Assembly (NCBI GenBank): GCA_964187785.1
Contig: OZ076415.1
Coordinates: forward strand, 1,860,001 to 1,924,000
Direction: 5' to 3'
DNA from: Amphiscolops sp. MND2022
Lineage: Eukaryota
DNA length: 64,000 nt
The notes beneath the pieces were generated by a model, which was given only the letters and a program-made list of their open reading frames with translations, was not told the origin of the DNA and ran no database searches. The position numbers and the translations under genes were made by a program. Position 1 is the stretch's first letter. Each line of letters begins with the position of its first letter. This document shows, one piece after another, positions 1 through 10,695 of this stretch.

Positions 1-2702
1 GCACTGGGTCTGACAAGGCCTTCCACTGCATGCTCTGTCAGCGTGACGTGTCCATGGAATCTCGGGGGGCAGCTGAGTTCTCCCGGCATTTCTTTGGCAA
101 GCGACACTGGCAGCTCGATGTGGCTTATCGGGTTCGAAATAATATGCCTATTTACAATAGGTTGATGGATCCAATGGTACCCACTGAAAGTCAACTGTCA
201 GAGTATCTTGAGTGGCCTTCAAAAGGCAAGAGTGAGGGATTTAGCTTCCCTGAGGATTTGCTACCTGCCTGCACCCAGTCCAATTCGAGTGTGCCCTTGA
301 TGACAATGGTTAATTGTCTTGTTGAGCTGCTGCGCTCCGAAGGGAGTTACACGTTGCTACGAAGACTGTGGGGAAGTTTCCGGGCCACCTTGGGTCGCGA
401 CAGCCCTCTTTACAGTTTGAATTGGAGTCAGGCCGAGTCATTGGTCAGTTATAGTTTTGCTATATCTTCTTCTCATTTTCGTTCCCTCTCTCGTTCTTTT
501 AGCGGTTAATGTTATCCGTTTGTGTGCATAGTGTTGGATGATGGTCAGTTTGAGTTGTATTTTAGTCGTTGATTTGTCACGCACTATTTCCACGGGCCTT
601 ACGTTTGCTGATCTCTCGCATCTCAGCTTTCCGAGAATACAGCGTATTCTTTGTGGAAGATGGCACGTCACATACATGTTTCGTACAGACGTGGGACGAC
701 CATAGCCTTATGAGTGTTTGCGTCTGGGTGGAGCCTGTGGGGCAAATCGTTCCGAGGGCAGAGTTGGCAGGATTGTCGCGGATTGTCGACAGCACATCAT
801 CGTGCCAGTTGCCTCTGTCGTGTCATGGAGGCAGTCCCACCCTCATGCGCGTTCTCAGCGAGAATCGGGTTGACAATCGGAGTTTCGTTGTGTACCGCGA
901 GTTCAACGCGGACGTGTTCCTGCATTGTTTCCGACTTGCCTACCAGGAGACGTTCGGAGGGCTGGAGGTGACAACTATGGTGGACTTTGTTGTTCTTCGC
1001 TTGCGGTGTGCTTTGCAGGAATCTTGGTTAGAGGATGCGACTGCGTTACGTCGATGTGTTGCTGCAGGACGCGTTGCCTTCGACGATCTTTGTGGTGTTG
1101 TGCGGGATTTGATCTCTGTTTGGCGCTCCGTGCGGAAGTTTATCAAGGACAGTGCTCCACGACATATCAAAACTGAGGCTGGCAGGGTAAGTTGTTTCAA
1201 TTTTCCTATTTGGGACCTTGTTTAGTTGGGTGGCGTTATGTGGTCATATATCCTTTTGTTGTTTTCGGGTTTTTTTTTCTCTTTTTCCCTCTGCTCGCTT
1301 TTTTTTGAATGGGTTGGTAGTAGACTACGGTATTGTAGTTTTGTGCTATTCAAGGTCTTTTTGATTGTTATAGATGCGAGGTACAGACTGGACTGTATAT
1401 TCTGATTGTGTTGGTGAATTGCGCCTGGGCTTGCTGTTACACATTCTGGAGTTGTATCATTGTTCTTTCAAAAAATATTTGTCCGGACGATCAGATTACT
1501 GCTTTCATTTCTATATGGAAGTATGTCAATTTGTATTCTGCTTGCTGTCCCGCGCCCGAAAGATCGCCACTCTCCCGGAGTTGAATAATTGGGAGGAGTA
1601 TATGGATGAGCAGAGAGTCGATGAGTTTGAAAACGTTGCTGTTTCCGACTTTTTGCGTAACCACTCTTTTGGTGTTGTGTTGCAAGCCCGCAAGGATAGT
1701 GAATGCCGATCCTTTCGTGAACAGTGTATCAAGTTTATGGATCGCCTTTTTGACGCAATTCTTGTGCAGCAGCCTTTGACTGGAGAGTTTTCTTGTGGGC
1801 TCTATTCCTTTTGTCCTGAATTGCTGTTGGAGGGCGACGATTATCGGATGTTGGAACTCTTCCGGAAATTGGTGCGTGTGTTGGAATCGAGTGGAAGCGT
1901 CACAGCGTTGGAGTCAAGGACTGCTGTCGAGGAATATTCGACTTTTGTTGTGGATGCCCGAAAACGTCATCTGGGCAGCAGGAGTAGCGCTGAGGATATA
2001 ACTGATGTTAGGCAGCATTTGTTATCAGATTATAGTTTCCTGTCGCGGAAAGCTCTATGCCGCTTGTTCAAGTTGTGCTGCCTTGTTGTTTTGAAACCCC
2101 TTAATGGCTTCCCTGTCATGGATATTGTGCCTACTCATTGCGAGATGCCGGAGTGGGTGGTATCCTCATGCGTGTGTGGGGTGCAGAGTAGTATTTCTTC
2201 TAGCGATTTTAAATTGAGTACTTTCTTCACCAAGTTCACTATGAATGAAGTTCGGGATTCAATTGACGCTGCTCAGTCATTCATGACACAATCGGACTTC
2301 GACCCGTGGGCAGGGATCTGTGGTGGTGGTCGGGCTGCTTTTGTGAAGCGCTATACCGATTTGTTCAACGCTCGGGTGAATCGCAAAAAGGGCGGAATCT
2401 CCCAGCAAGTTAGTGCAAATGATGAATCCAGTCGGGGTGTGCAGCCTGATGGCGACGATGGCGTTTCTGCTGCTGTTCTTTCTGATAGTGCTGCTTCAGC
2501 GGTGTCTGCGCCTCCTGTATCTACATCAAGTGGTTCAGGTTCATTCAGACAAAGCAAGACTCCAATTCATAGTAGTTTAGCTTCATTACTGGGGCGAAAG
2601 AAAGATGCGTCGAAGAGTAGTGGTCAAGTCGTGAAGAAACCCAAGAGGGATTCGAAGAAATCTGCTTCCAAGTGTGGGGGTTCGAATTCGAAGAAAAATT
2701 GA
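1..2702 (+). CDS. 5'-partial spliced gene, join(<1..443,566..1186,1374..2702): BED-like zinc-finger, hAT-transposase-like protein carried antisense in E1
   Basis: Three ORFs join in frame through GT-AG introns (TTG|gtcagt 444, ttttag|TCG 566, AGG|gtaagt 1187, ttatag|ATG 1374). C-x2-C...H-x5-H motif CMLCQRDVSMESRGAAEFSRHFFGKRH. Aligns by eye with the E2 gene at 58256-62723 (shared W-S-x-E junction, FxP, LFKLCCL). Confidence 0.8.
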
Positions 2703-2952
2703 ATGTCCCCAATCGAGACTGCTGTTAAACTTTATTGTAGTGTAGACTTTGTAGTATATTTCGTAGTATTTATTTGTTTTTATGCTTGCATGTTAGTAAC
2801 GAGAAACCTTACGTATATAGTTCGGTTGAAGTCATTCGGATTTTGAAAGAAAAGGAAAAAAAAGGAGAGAACAATTTCCAGGTCGTAGTATGCCTGTAAT
2901 TGAAAATCGTCAGATCGGTTCGGTCTGGACTCCTGATATGATCTTTTCTCTT

Positions 2953-4554
2953 TTAGTGAGTCGTAGTTACAGCGTCGAGTCGTCTGAAGTCAGGATTAGC
3001 ATTAGGTTTAGGATTAGGTCGCAAGTTATATTTTGCTGTTTTTCTTGGGTTATATCCGACGACTGTAGGCGGTGATCTTGGGGGAATAGGTGGACTTTCA
3101 AGGGGTGGGGGGCGGCGTATATATGGGTTATCCCCCGCGTCTGTAGTAAGATTTGAGAAATCCGGGGACGGCGGCGTGTCGTCATTTGTGTCAGCAGTTT
3201 GGTTTCTTGGCATTTGAGACGTCGTGTTTTCGTTATTCGTGGTTGTCACTTCTTGTATTTCTGCGTGTTGGTTATTTCTTGTATCTTTTGATGTTTCGTG
3301 TTCATCAATCTGTTTTCCGAAATCCATTTCCCACGATACCGCATACCACTCGCTGTGTGACACTTTGACGTCTGGATCGGCAAGATATTCGTTTGCTCGT
3401 ACTGTGAGGTCAGGCACGCGTTGTTCTGGCACGTAAGGTCGTATACGAATTCTGTGTAGTGTTTGTGTGTATCGTGTGCCAATTTTTCGTATCGTGTAAT
3501 TGTTATTTGAGAGCACTTTGATTACTATGTACGGTCCCGTCCAGATACAATCTTGAAATGCAAACTTTGTCGATTGATTGTCAGCTTTCGGATTGAGGAT
3601 GTAGCAATAGTCATTTAGTTTGAGCGGAGCCGCCGACGCTTTACGGTCATAATATTTTTTGTATTTGAGGTAAGACAGCATGATGTTGTCTTTCGCTGTC
3701 GCTCGCACTTCGTCAATTTGTTTTTGTAGCTGCTCTGCTATATCTGAATTTGGCGTAGTTTTCCACTTTGGCTTGATGCCTAGTTTTAAATCAAGGACGT
3801 TGTAAGGTATGCGTCCATGGAATACTGTAGATGGTTCGCAGCCTAGGGTTTCGTGATACGTTGTATTATAGTTCATGACTGCGATCTGAACGTATTTGTG
3901 CCACATTGAGCGTCTTTCACCCGTCGATATTTTTAATGCGGTTTTGATTGAGGCGTGTGTTCTTTCTAGGATGCCAATCGTTTGTGCATGCTTTGTGGAT
4001 GCATGGCTAATTCGGATTTCGAGTATTTGCATTATTTCTGCGACGACTTCTGATCTGAATTGTGAGCCTTTATCTGAGAGAATTAAAGTTGGCAGATATG
4101 CATGTCTGGTCATGACGTCGACGATGCATCGTCCGTTTGTTTTTGCAGTGGCATTCTGCGTCGGGTATGCGAATAGGTAACGTGAGAATACATCGATCAT
4201 TGTGACAATGTTCTGGTATCCTGCAGAGTTTGGTAGGTTTGGCAGTATGTCGATTTCGAGTATATCTTCTGGTCCTAATACGTGTTTTGTGTTGTTGATC
4301 ATCTTCGGTCGGATTTGGCTATTGTTGATTCTTTTGTATTTGATGCAATCTTCGCATTGCATTACCCACTGTCTGATTCGTTTTGCTAAGCCAGGGTAGT
4401 AGTACTTTGATCGGCATTCTTGGATCATTTTTGTGATTCCTGGGTGTTTTCCCATTTGTCCATGGATTGCTTTCAGAAGTTCTGTAATCAGGTGTTCGGG
4501 GATTAATATTTGGTTGTGTGTAACTTGACCGCATTCTCCGTAGTATTTGCGCAT
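2953..4554 (-). CDS. pol: E1 integrase (C-terminal part of pol)
   Basis: HGQMGKH...CEDC zinc-binding motif, EIDIL / SDKGSQF / LERT DDE triad, WTGPY (GPY/F) motif, tail YNLRPNPKPN. Confidence 0.95.
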   Translation of the reverse strand: MRKYYGECGQVTHNQILIPEHLITELLKAIHGQMGKHPGITKMIQECRSKYYYPGLAKRIRQWVMQCEDCIKYKRINNSQIRPKMINNTKHVLGPEDILEIDILPNLPNSAGYQNIVTMIDVFSRYLFAYPTQNATAKTNGRCIVDVMTRHAYLPTLILSDKGSQFRSEVVAEIMQILEIRISHASTKHAQTIGILERTHASIKTALKISTGERRSMWHKYVQIAVMNYNTTYHETLGCEPSTVFHGRIPYNVLDLKLGIKPKWKTTPNSDIAEQLQKQIDEVRATAKDNIMLSYLKYKKYYDRKASAAPLKLNDYCYILNPKADNQSTKFAFQDCIWTGPYIVIKVLSNNNYTIRKIGTRYTQTLHRIRIRPYVPEQRVPDLTVRANEYLADPDVKVSHSEWYAVSWEMDFGKQIDEHETSKDTRNNQHAEIQEVTTTNNENTTSQMPRNQTADTNDDTPPSPDFSNLTTDAGDNPYIRRPPPLESPPIPPRSPPTVVGYNPRKTAKYNLRPNPKPNANPDFRRLDAVTTTH

Positions 4555-4787
4555 TAGTACTCCGTCTTTGACAATGAGTCTATTTTCGTGAACTAAGAGG
4601 CGTTTGGCTTTCAGGTCTGTTTGTAAGAGGTGTTTGTCGTATTCTTCACAGATCAGTTTTCTTTTGATTGCTTTGAAAACTAGATCTGAATCTTGTTCAA
4701 CTCTAATGCGTGCATCTTCTTTGATTGCCCCAAAGGTGTATGATGCCTTGTTTATTGGGATTGGGGTTGTTTCTTTTATTGAGAACT

Positions 4788-7154
4788 TTATTTTCGTCGT
4801 CTCCTCGTCTCGTGCGTTTTGTCTTGCTTGTTCTTTTTGTAGGAGGATTTCCTCTTCTGTTTCGATCGTTTCCTCTGGGAGGAAAAAAGTTGTTCTTCAT
4901 CTGCGACGTCTGTCGATTGAAGGTTTACTTGTATTGGTCGGATCGTAATATCGTTTCGGATTTTTAGTTCGACTTTTTCTTTAGGGTTAAGGTCAATTCT
5001 CGATAAGAAATCAGCAGCCGTGTTTTGCGTCCCGGCTACATGCATGATGTGAAAACTGAACTGTAGGACATAGTCACATGCATTCCATAGCGTGGGGGGA
5101 ATCGCTTTTGTTTGGAAGAACCTCGTTACTGATCTGTTGTCTGTCATTACGAGAGTTGGTAGGGTTGTTTCCCACAATATGTGGCTGTATTCTAGGAACG
5201 CGTGGTAGATTGCCAGAAATTCTTTGCAATAGATTGACATCTTCAGTTGTGTTGGTGAAAATACTTTTGATCCAAATGCTACAGGCGCAAAAGTTTTCTT
5301 TTTGGAGTTGAGTTTTTTGTCGTTTTCTTCTTCGATCATTAACGCGTATCCTGAGGCACGAAAGCTAGCATCCGTCATTAGGACGTATTGTCGTCCTGTA
5401 ATTGGTTGTTTGAGGGCTAGTCCACATGCTTCCGCTAATGCTGCGTTGATCGCTTTGTAGTGGTCTAATAGTTCTTCTGTGACTTTGATTTGTTTGTCAG
5501 CTTTCAGTAGTTCGTAGAAACCGAGTAGCTTCTCAGACAACCTCGGGATATAGTTGCGGTAGTAGTTGACAAAGCCTATGTATCTCTGTACTTGTTTCTT
5601 TGATTTCGGGAATCGTACGTTTGCTAAGAATTTCTGGATTTTGTGGTCTTGGGGGGCGATTCCTTGTGGGGTGATCGTTCTTCCAAGGAATTCGACCTTG
5701 GTTACTCCAAAGTGGCATTTGTCAATGGATAGTTTGAGTCCTGCTTGTCTGATGCATTCGAAGACAGCTCGAATGTTCCGTATCAGTTGTGTCACGGAGT
5801 TTGGAGCTATTCCGATGTCATCTACGTATTGCGCGCACTGATCAGCCTTGATTACTTTGTCTAAATATTCTCTCATGAAACTAGAGAATGCTGATAAAGC
5901 TCTACTCAGTCCTTGTGCTAGTCGTTTGTAGGCGAACGTTCTGCTTGCGAAGTTGAACGCTAGCATTTCGATTGATCTCTGGTCTGCCATTTGTAGACAG
6001 TGGTATGCTTGGGAGCAATCTAATTTGCAGAACAGCTTTTTCCCGGCTAAGTGTTGGGCTGCGTCCGACAGGGTACTGACTGGGTGGTTATTGTTGATGT
6101 AATCATCTGAGATTAATGCGTTTATTTTTCGTAGGTCGACGAGTAGTCGCAACTTGCCATTCGGTTTGCGTTGTGCAAAGATTGGGCTTGCATATTTTGA
6201 GAATGGTAGGGTCGTTATTATGCCGTACCTATGCATTAGTGCTAATTCGACTGTTAGATCTTCTTTCAGCTTGATTGGTACCGGCAAGCTTTGTGTGTAA
6301 ATTGGACGCTCGTCTTTCGGAGTTAATTTGACCTTGAAGCTATTGTTGATTCCAATGTCAAGGCGATGGCGGGCAAAGATATCGTTGTATTCGACTATTG
6401 TTTGCTCGAGTTGCTTCCTGTCGTTGCCTTCGATTTGAGAACCTTCCCACTGAAACATGTCGAGGAACTTTTGTCTTGAATCCTGGTCTTTGGTTGGGTC
6501 TAATTCTTCTCTCTGGATTAGTTCACGGATTTCCTTCAGGATCCGTCGTTGGATTGGCGTATGTTCTTCTTCGTTTCCCGGATTCTCAGGTGTGGGAAAC
6601 CAGAAATTTTCCTCACCTTGTTCAGTTTCGTTGGCTTTCATGAGTTCATTGACGTACATGTGGGTGTCATCAGGATCTTCTAGCAATTTGAGTGCGGCGG
6701 CGTCTACTGGTCGTATTTGTTTCGTGTCCTCGGGTTTGAGGATTTGTAGTTCTGCTAGTTTTGTGTGATTCTTTATTGTATGAGGGAAATCCGTTAAGTT
6801 GGCGATTCGGATGTTGAGCCTTTTATTGTGGGCTGTCGCTAGTGCTGGTGCAACAATGATTGTTGCTGCTTCATCAAATTTTGGTAATGGTTGTACCGCA
6901 CCAGTGACGTCATGCATGTTTGTGGTTATTACTATTGCGTTCACTGTTGTTGTTTGTTGGGGCGGTAGGGTTTGATTTCCTTCTGCCATTATTTGGAGCG
7001 GTTTCGGGTTGCATTTTTTCATTTCGTCCGTCATGGCTAGCGTCATTTCGACGTGCGGGAAATTGATGGTACCGTTTGCTGTATCTAGTACCGCCTGGTG
7101 GTTCCTCATGAAATTCAGTCCTATTATTGGGGAGGACGTTTTTGAGAGTATCAC
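4788..7154 (-). CDS. pol: E1 reverse transcriptase + RNase H; frameshifted relative to the flanking PR and IN segments
   Basis: PIFAQRKPNGKLRLLVDLRKIN, KLDCSQAYH, QYVDD, FLGRTI, TDASF, EFLAI, TDNR, NTAADFLSR. Confidence 0.95.
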   Translation of the reverse strand: MILSKTSSPIIGLNFMRNHQAVLDTANGTINFPHVEMTLAMTDEMKKCNPKPLQIMAEGNQTLPPQQTTTVNAIVITTNMHDVTGAVQPLPKFDEAATIIVAPALATAHNKRLNIRIANLTDFPHTIKNHTKLAELQILKPEDTKQIRPVDAAALKLLEDPDDTHMYVNELMKANETEQGEENFWFPTPENPGNEEEHTPIQRRILKEIRELIQREELDPTKDQDSRQKFLDMFQWEGSQIEGNDRKQLEQTIVEYNDIFARHRLDIGINNSFKVKLTPKDERPIYTQSLPVPIKLKEDLTVELALMHRYGIITTLPFSKYASPIFAQRKPNGKLRLLVDLRKINALISDDYINNNHPVSTLSDAAQHLAGKKLFCKLDCSQAYHCLQMADQRSIEMLAFNFASRTFAYKRLAQGLSRALSAFSSFMREYLDKVIKADQCAQYVDDIGIAPNSVTQLIRNIRAVFECIRQAGLKLSIDKCHFGVTKVEFLGRTITPQGIAPQDHKIQKFLANVRFPKSKKQVQRYIGFVNYYRNYIPRLSEKLLGFYELLKADKQIKVTEELLDHYKAINAALAEACGLALKQPITGRQYVLMTDASFRASGYALMIEEENDKKLNSKKKTFAPVAFGSKVFSPTQLKMSIYCKEFLAIYHAFLEYSHILWETTLPTLVMTDNRSVTRFFQTKAIPPTLWNACDYVLQFSFHIMHVAGTQNTAADFLSRIDLNPKEKVELKIRNDITIRPIQVNLQSTDVADEEQLFSSQRKRSKQKRKSSYKKNKQDKTHETRRRRK

Positions 7155-7256
7155 GAAGGTGTCCGTGAATGTATACGTTCCTATGTTGAACTGTATATCG
7201 GCTGTGGCTATCGGTTGCTCCAGTTGAGCATTTGCGCATTCGATTTTGAAAGGAGG

Positions 7257-7868
7257 TTATGGATACTCCTTTATGACACAATTGTCACTGTTCATTTTGA
7301 TTGCATTGTAGTCCGACCAGGACATTGCGTTGATGAACGCACCTGAGTCGACTAGTCCATCCATTGTTATTTCGCCAAATTCAAGTGGTAGGTATAGCAT
7401 CCTTCGCCGTTTTTTGAGTACTATTGTCGAGTGAGGTGGTATGCACCTTTCTCCGTCTTTTTCAGTTACGTATTCTTTGATTGAGTTGAGTGAGACGGGG
7501 AAGTCTTCTAGGGAAAAGGGTTTCTTGGGGGAGTCGTATATGTCCCTCTCTGTTGGCTGTGGCAAAGGCTTGTCATTGGGAGCATTTTCGTTTTGTTTTA
7601 TTTGGGCGGAGGTTGTTTGATCTTTGATGGGATTTGTATGACAGGTATGGTCATCTCTGTAGTCCTGGTCCTGAGTGTAGGTTTTCTTTTCTTCTGGTTG
7701 TGGAATTGGCCTTTTTATGGAAGCGAGAGCTTGTCTTTGCAGCCAATCTACCGTTGGTGTGCCATCACACCCTGTTGTTGAGTCGTTTGTATAGGTGATG
7801 GGGGGATCTGTTGATGAGTACGCCCTCGCGGCTACGGTTTCCCCGAATCGCAGGGGCGGCGTATCTAG
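7257..7868 (-). CDS. pol: E1 pol N-terminus / aspartic protease in the -1 frame after the slippery site
   Basis: The -1 frame is open from 7868 (LDTPPLRFGETV...) into ORF 7257..7565, which contains GLVDSGA. An indel near 7257 breaks the frame before the RT. Confidence 0.8.
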   Translation of the reverse strand, partial: LDTPPLRFGETVAARAYSSTDPPITYTNDSTTGCDGTPTVDWLQRQALASIKRPIPQPEEKKTYTQDQDYRDDHTCHTNPIKDQTTSAQIKQNENAPNDKPLPQPTERDIYDSPKKPFSLEDFPVSLNSIKEYVTEKDGERCIPPHSTIVLKKRRRMLYLPLEFGEITMDGLVDSGAFINAMSWSDYNAIKMNSDNCVIKEYP

Positions 7869-7874
7869 TTTTTT
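7822..7874 (-). promoter_or_regulatory. E1 -1 ribosomal frameshift signal (A AAA AAC plus downstream GC-rich structure)
   Basis: gag ends TCA AAA AAC TAG; heptamer at 7868-7874. CGCCC...GGGCG and CCCC...GGGG pairings start ~6 nt downstream. The -1 frame is open to the protease. Confidence 0.75.
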
Positions 7875-9302
7875 GATTCATCTGCGGCTTGGTTTGTCTG
7901 CTGTTGTGCAGAGTTATCTTGTTTCCTTCCTTGTTGGAAATGTCGTTTAGGTCTCGGGTCGTTTGCCGAGTTAGCTCCGTTCCAACAGTCTTCTGTTTTG
8001 TGGGGTTTTCCACAGGTATCGCATTTGGAGGTGATACCAGTGGTGTTTCTGGTATGGCCATTATGTTTTCTTGTTTGTTGCCATTTGTCTCTCCGCATTT
8101 TGCGGCATTCAGCCTTGAAATGGCCAAATTTATTGCAATAAAAGCAGTACCCTTTTTTAGTGTTTTGGGTAGTGTTTTCAGCTTGTTTGGGCTCAGTCTT
8201 TGTTGGGGCTTGTTCTACTTTATTGAGGGGTACCAGAGTTACATCGTCTGGCGCTCCAAGTCCGTTAAGTCGCATTTCTCTCTCTAGGTGTAGTACAATG
8301 TCATTATAGGGCTTGTCTTCGAGGTACGCCCTATTTAATATTTTCTGCACGTGATCTGGCATTTTCGCGTAGATTGCTTTGTCGATAAATTGTTGAGCTT
8401 GTGAACCGAACGCCTCTTTTGCTGTTTTTTGAAGGACGTCCCAAGAATTCGTGGAGTTTCTGCGTCGAGGGATCGAATTCAAGTGCGTCCCATCCACATC
8501 TGGCTTTTGCCATCGACAAGTAGTCTCCGAAACGACGTTTGAAAACCGCCATAATTTCGTTTAGTGAGTCTTTTTTCGAGTCCTCGATGTTGCGGAACGC
8601 TTGTAGCGCGTCTCCCCTGAGTAAAGAGTGAAAATAGTTAACTTTCTGGATTTCAGTAAGGTGCGGGTACATTTTTATGTTATTCCGGAAAAGGTCTTCG
8701 AATAGCTCAAATTTTTCCGATTTCCCGTCAAAGGTTGGTAGTGATGCCGTTAGGGCTTTTGGCATCGGTATTGTATCGCTGTCGTTCTTTTCTGGTGCGA
8801 ACAGAGTCCTCGCTACTATTGGACGTTCTTTTGACGGTGGTTGGCTTTGGGACCGTGCCTTGGTTCTTTTTGGTTGGTTTGTGGAGTCGGTTAAAACTCC
8901 TGTCACCATGTTACGACATGTGTTGGTGTCGTTTTGAGTAGAATTTATCCTGACTGATTTTGTCGGAGTATAGAAACTCCTAGTTTCGTTTTCTGCCTCT
9001 TCATCGACGTTGTCTCTAGCACTTTCCTTTGTTTCAGGTTTTAGGAGCTTTAACATTTCCTTCTGCGATTCGATGAGGAGGTTCTTAATTTCGGAAGTGA
9101 TTTCCTCCTTTAAAGATGCTCTCAAGCTTTCTAGAAGACTATTTTCGATTCTGGGGGATTTTGGTTTTGAAGGTCCCGCAACCTCAACGTCTTGCTCCGA
9201 AAAACAAGGATTTCCTACTACTGGTGAAACAAAACCTTCACTTACGTTTCTATCGCTCTCCTGTTGATCATTCTTTCTTTTCTGGCTTCTTGTTGTTGAC
9301 AT
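7865..9302 (-). CDS. gag: E1 gag (one frameshift near 8450; ORFs 8331..9377 and 7865..8497). Starts inside the 5' LTR
   Basis: MSTTRSQKRK start; LPTFDGKSEKFELFEDLF capsid-like segment; two zinc knuckles CFYCNKFGHFKAEC and CDTCGKPHKTEDC. Confidence 0.88.
8896..8908 (-). promoter_or_regulatory. E1 primer-binding site (Leu-like)
   Basis: TGGTGACAGGAGT immediately follows ...GTAACA; one mismatch from the Leu-type PBS TGGTGTCAGGAGT. Confidence 0.7.
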
Positions 9303-9580
9303 TTTGATGTAGAAAAGTTTTCTTGAAGAATTGAATTTCCTTTCAGAAGGTTTTCTAGTTAGGCAAGAGTTTAGCAAAATTGAAATTCAACTGAATTTAA
9401 GCAATTGCAAAAGACTGAGTCCCTTAATCATCAAATCCTATCATATTTATACCCTCCCAGCATCATTTGATCACGAACAAAGCCCTAATTTTCCTCGAAC
9501 AATTAGTCATTTCCTGTATTTTCGATGAAAAAATCATTTTGTTCCCAATTTTACGTCGACATTCCGTCAATTTTGAGACA
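8909..9580 (-). repeat. E1 5' LTR, minimal extent (contains TATA box at ~9443-9450 and the first ~130 gag codons)
   Basis: Inner end fixed by CA|PBS. The outer end is only a candidate TGTCTCA at 9580; an alternative TGTCACA lies at 11273. The partner LTR is outside the window. Confidence 0.5.
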
Positions 9581-10424
9581 CGATGTTCTTCGTTTAGTAT
9601 TAGTCATCAAACTTGATCATATCATTTCATCCCGGCGTCCTTTTGCTTCCTCCCAAGCAGGAAGTAGATATTACTTCAGTCTGTCAAACCGGAAATGATT
9701 CCCTGTTTTACTGCTTTGGTTCGCGGGAAATTGACGCTGAGATGACGCTGACGTGAACAACAAATACCTGATTTTGAATTTCCCTTTGATAAAAATGCTA
9801 TGACTAATTCCAAAATAGGAATATTTGAACGATGCTAGGACGATATTTTATGAATTTGGACTCAATCCTTTCCTAGAGATGGGAATGAAAATAATACTTT
9901 GTTAGCAACTTTGTCATGTCGTGTCAAATGCGACAAGATTTATAAAATTAACAGCAACGTTTGTTAAATAACAACACCAACACAACGTAAATAACTGGAC
10001 AGCAACGGATGGACTAATATAGAAAAACATGATCACAATCAAAAGTACAGCGTTCAATGTTGTAGAGTACAAAAATGCAAAATATATGAAAAATACATTT
10101 CTGGTACACAATATGCTTTTAGTTGGAGAGAATAAACTGTGACTTCCTAATTAATCTACTGTGAAATCTTGTAATAAGATGGTTTATGCACGGAAATTCC
10201 CTTATTGTTAAGAATACATGATTGTTACTTAACGTGAGGTTGAAGTTATCCTACATGTGTCAAAACGCATTCTAAATTGGGACCTTAAACCATGGAAAAT
10301 CAACAATACATTCGTTATACAAGTTGCAACAGCCTGCAATTTTCTCTCCTTAGGAAATAACGGCATTTGCGCGATGAAAACTTGACTAAATTCGGCAAAT
10401 TCATTCATTTTATTCAATTTCATA

Positions 10425-10695
10425 AACTTGTCAACGTCATGTTGACGCGTTTTCTTGGTTGAATTTTGAGCTTCAACAACTTGTCAACGTCATGTTGACG
10501 CGTTTTCTTGGCAGAGTAGAGATTTTGACTAGTTTGACGCAATGCTGACGAGTATTTTAGAAATGAGTCTCCCGCTAGCTACCAGAGCAGTGACGTCACA
10601 ATGGCGGTAAATTGGAATGATTTCTACCTATGCTATTAGTATAGGCGGATAATTGGAATGATTTCCTGGTACGCTTATGCGAGGCAGTGACGTCA
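10425..10695. promoter_or_regulatory. Enhancer-like array: 34-bp direct repeat with internal palindrome, plus two TGACGTCA motifs
   Basis: AACTTGTCAACGTCATGTTGACGCGTTTTCTTGG at 10425-10458 and 10478-10511; GCAGTGACGTCA at ~10587 and ~10683; AATTGGAATGATTTC duplicated. Confidence 0.45.

Larger units (their letters stand above)
1..9580 (-). mobile_element. E1: large Ty3/Gypsy LTR retrotransposon with antisense cargo gene. 3' end lies left of the window; outer boundary of the 5' LTR is uncertain (9580 or up to ~11273)
   Basis: Order gag(CCHC)-PR(DSGA)-RT(YVDD)-RNaseH-IN(HHCC, DDE, GPY) on the - strand. PBS TGGTGACAGGAGT at 8896-8908 directly follows an LTR end ...CGTAACA. Confidence 0.92.

Noticed and set aside
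2846-2870. Purine tract as the E1 polypurine tract
   Set aside because: It is purine-rich on the + strand, whereas a - strand element needs the opposite, and no LTR follows.
7765-8127. 120-aa ORF as the gag-pol bridging frame
   Set aside because: It is the +1/-2 frame and stops at 7765; the -1 frame is the one open to the protease.
3153-9528. + strand ORFs overlapping E1 gag-pol, and similar ones over E3, E4 and E5
   Set aside because: Short antisense shadows of real coding frames, with no splice-linked continuity, unlike the cargo gene.
1-9580. E1/E2 as DIRS-type or other tyrosine-recombinase elements because of the extra ORFs
   Set aside because: Both have DDE/GPY-F integrases, E1 has a tRNA PBS, and no tyrosine recombinase motif is visible.
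10425-10511. 34-bp repeat pair as a CRISPR array
   Set aside because: Only two units with a 19-bp spacer, no cas genes, and a eukaryotic context.
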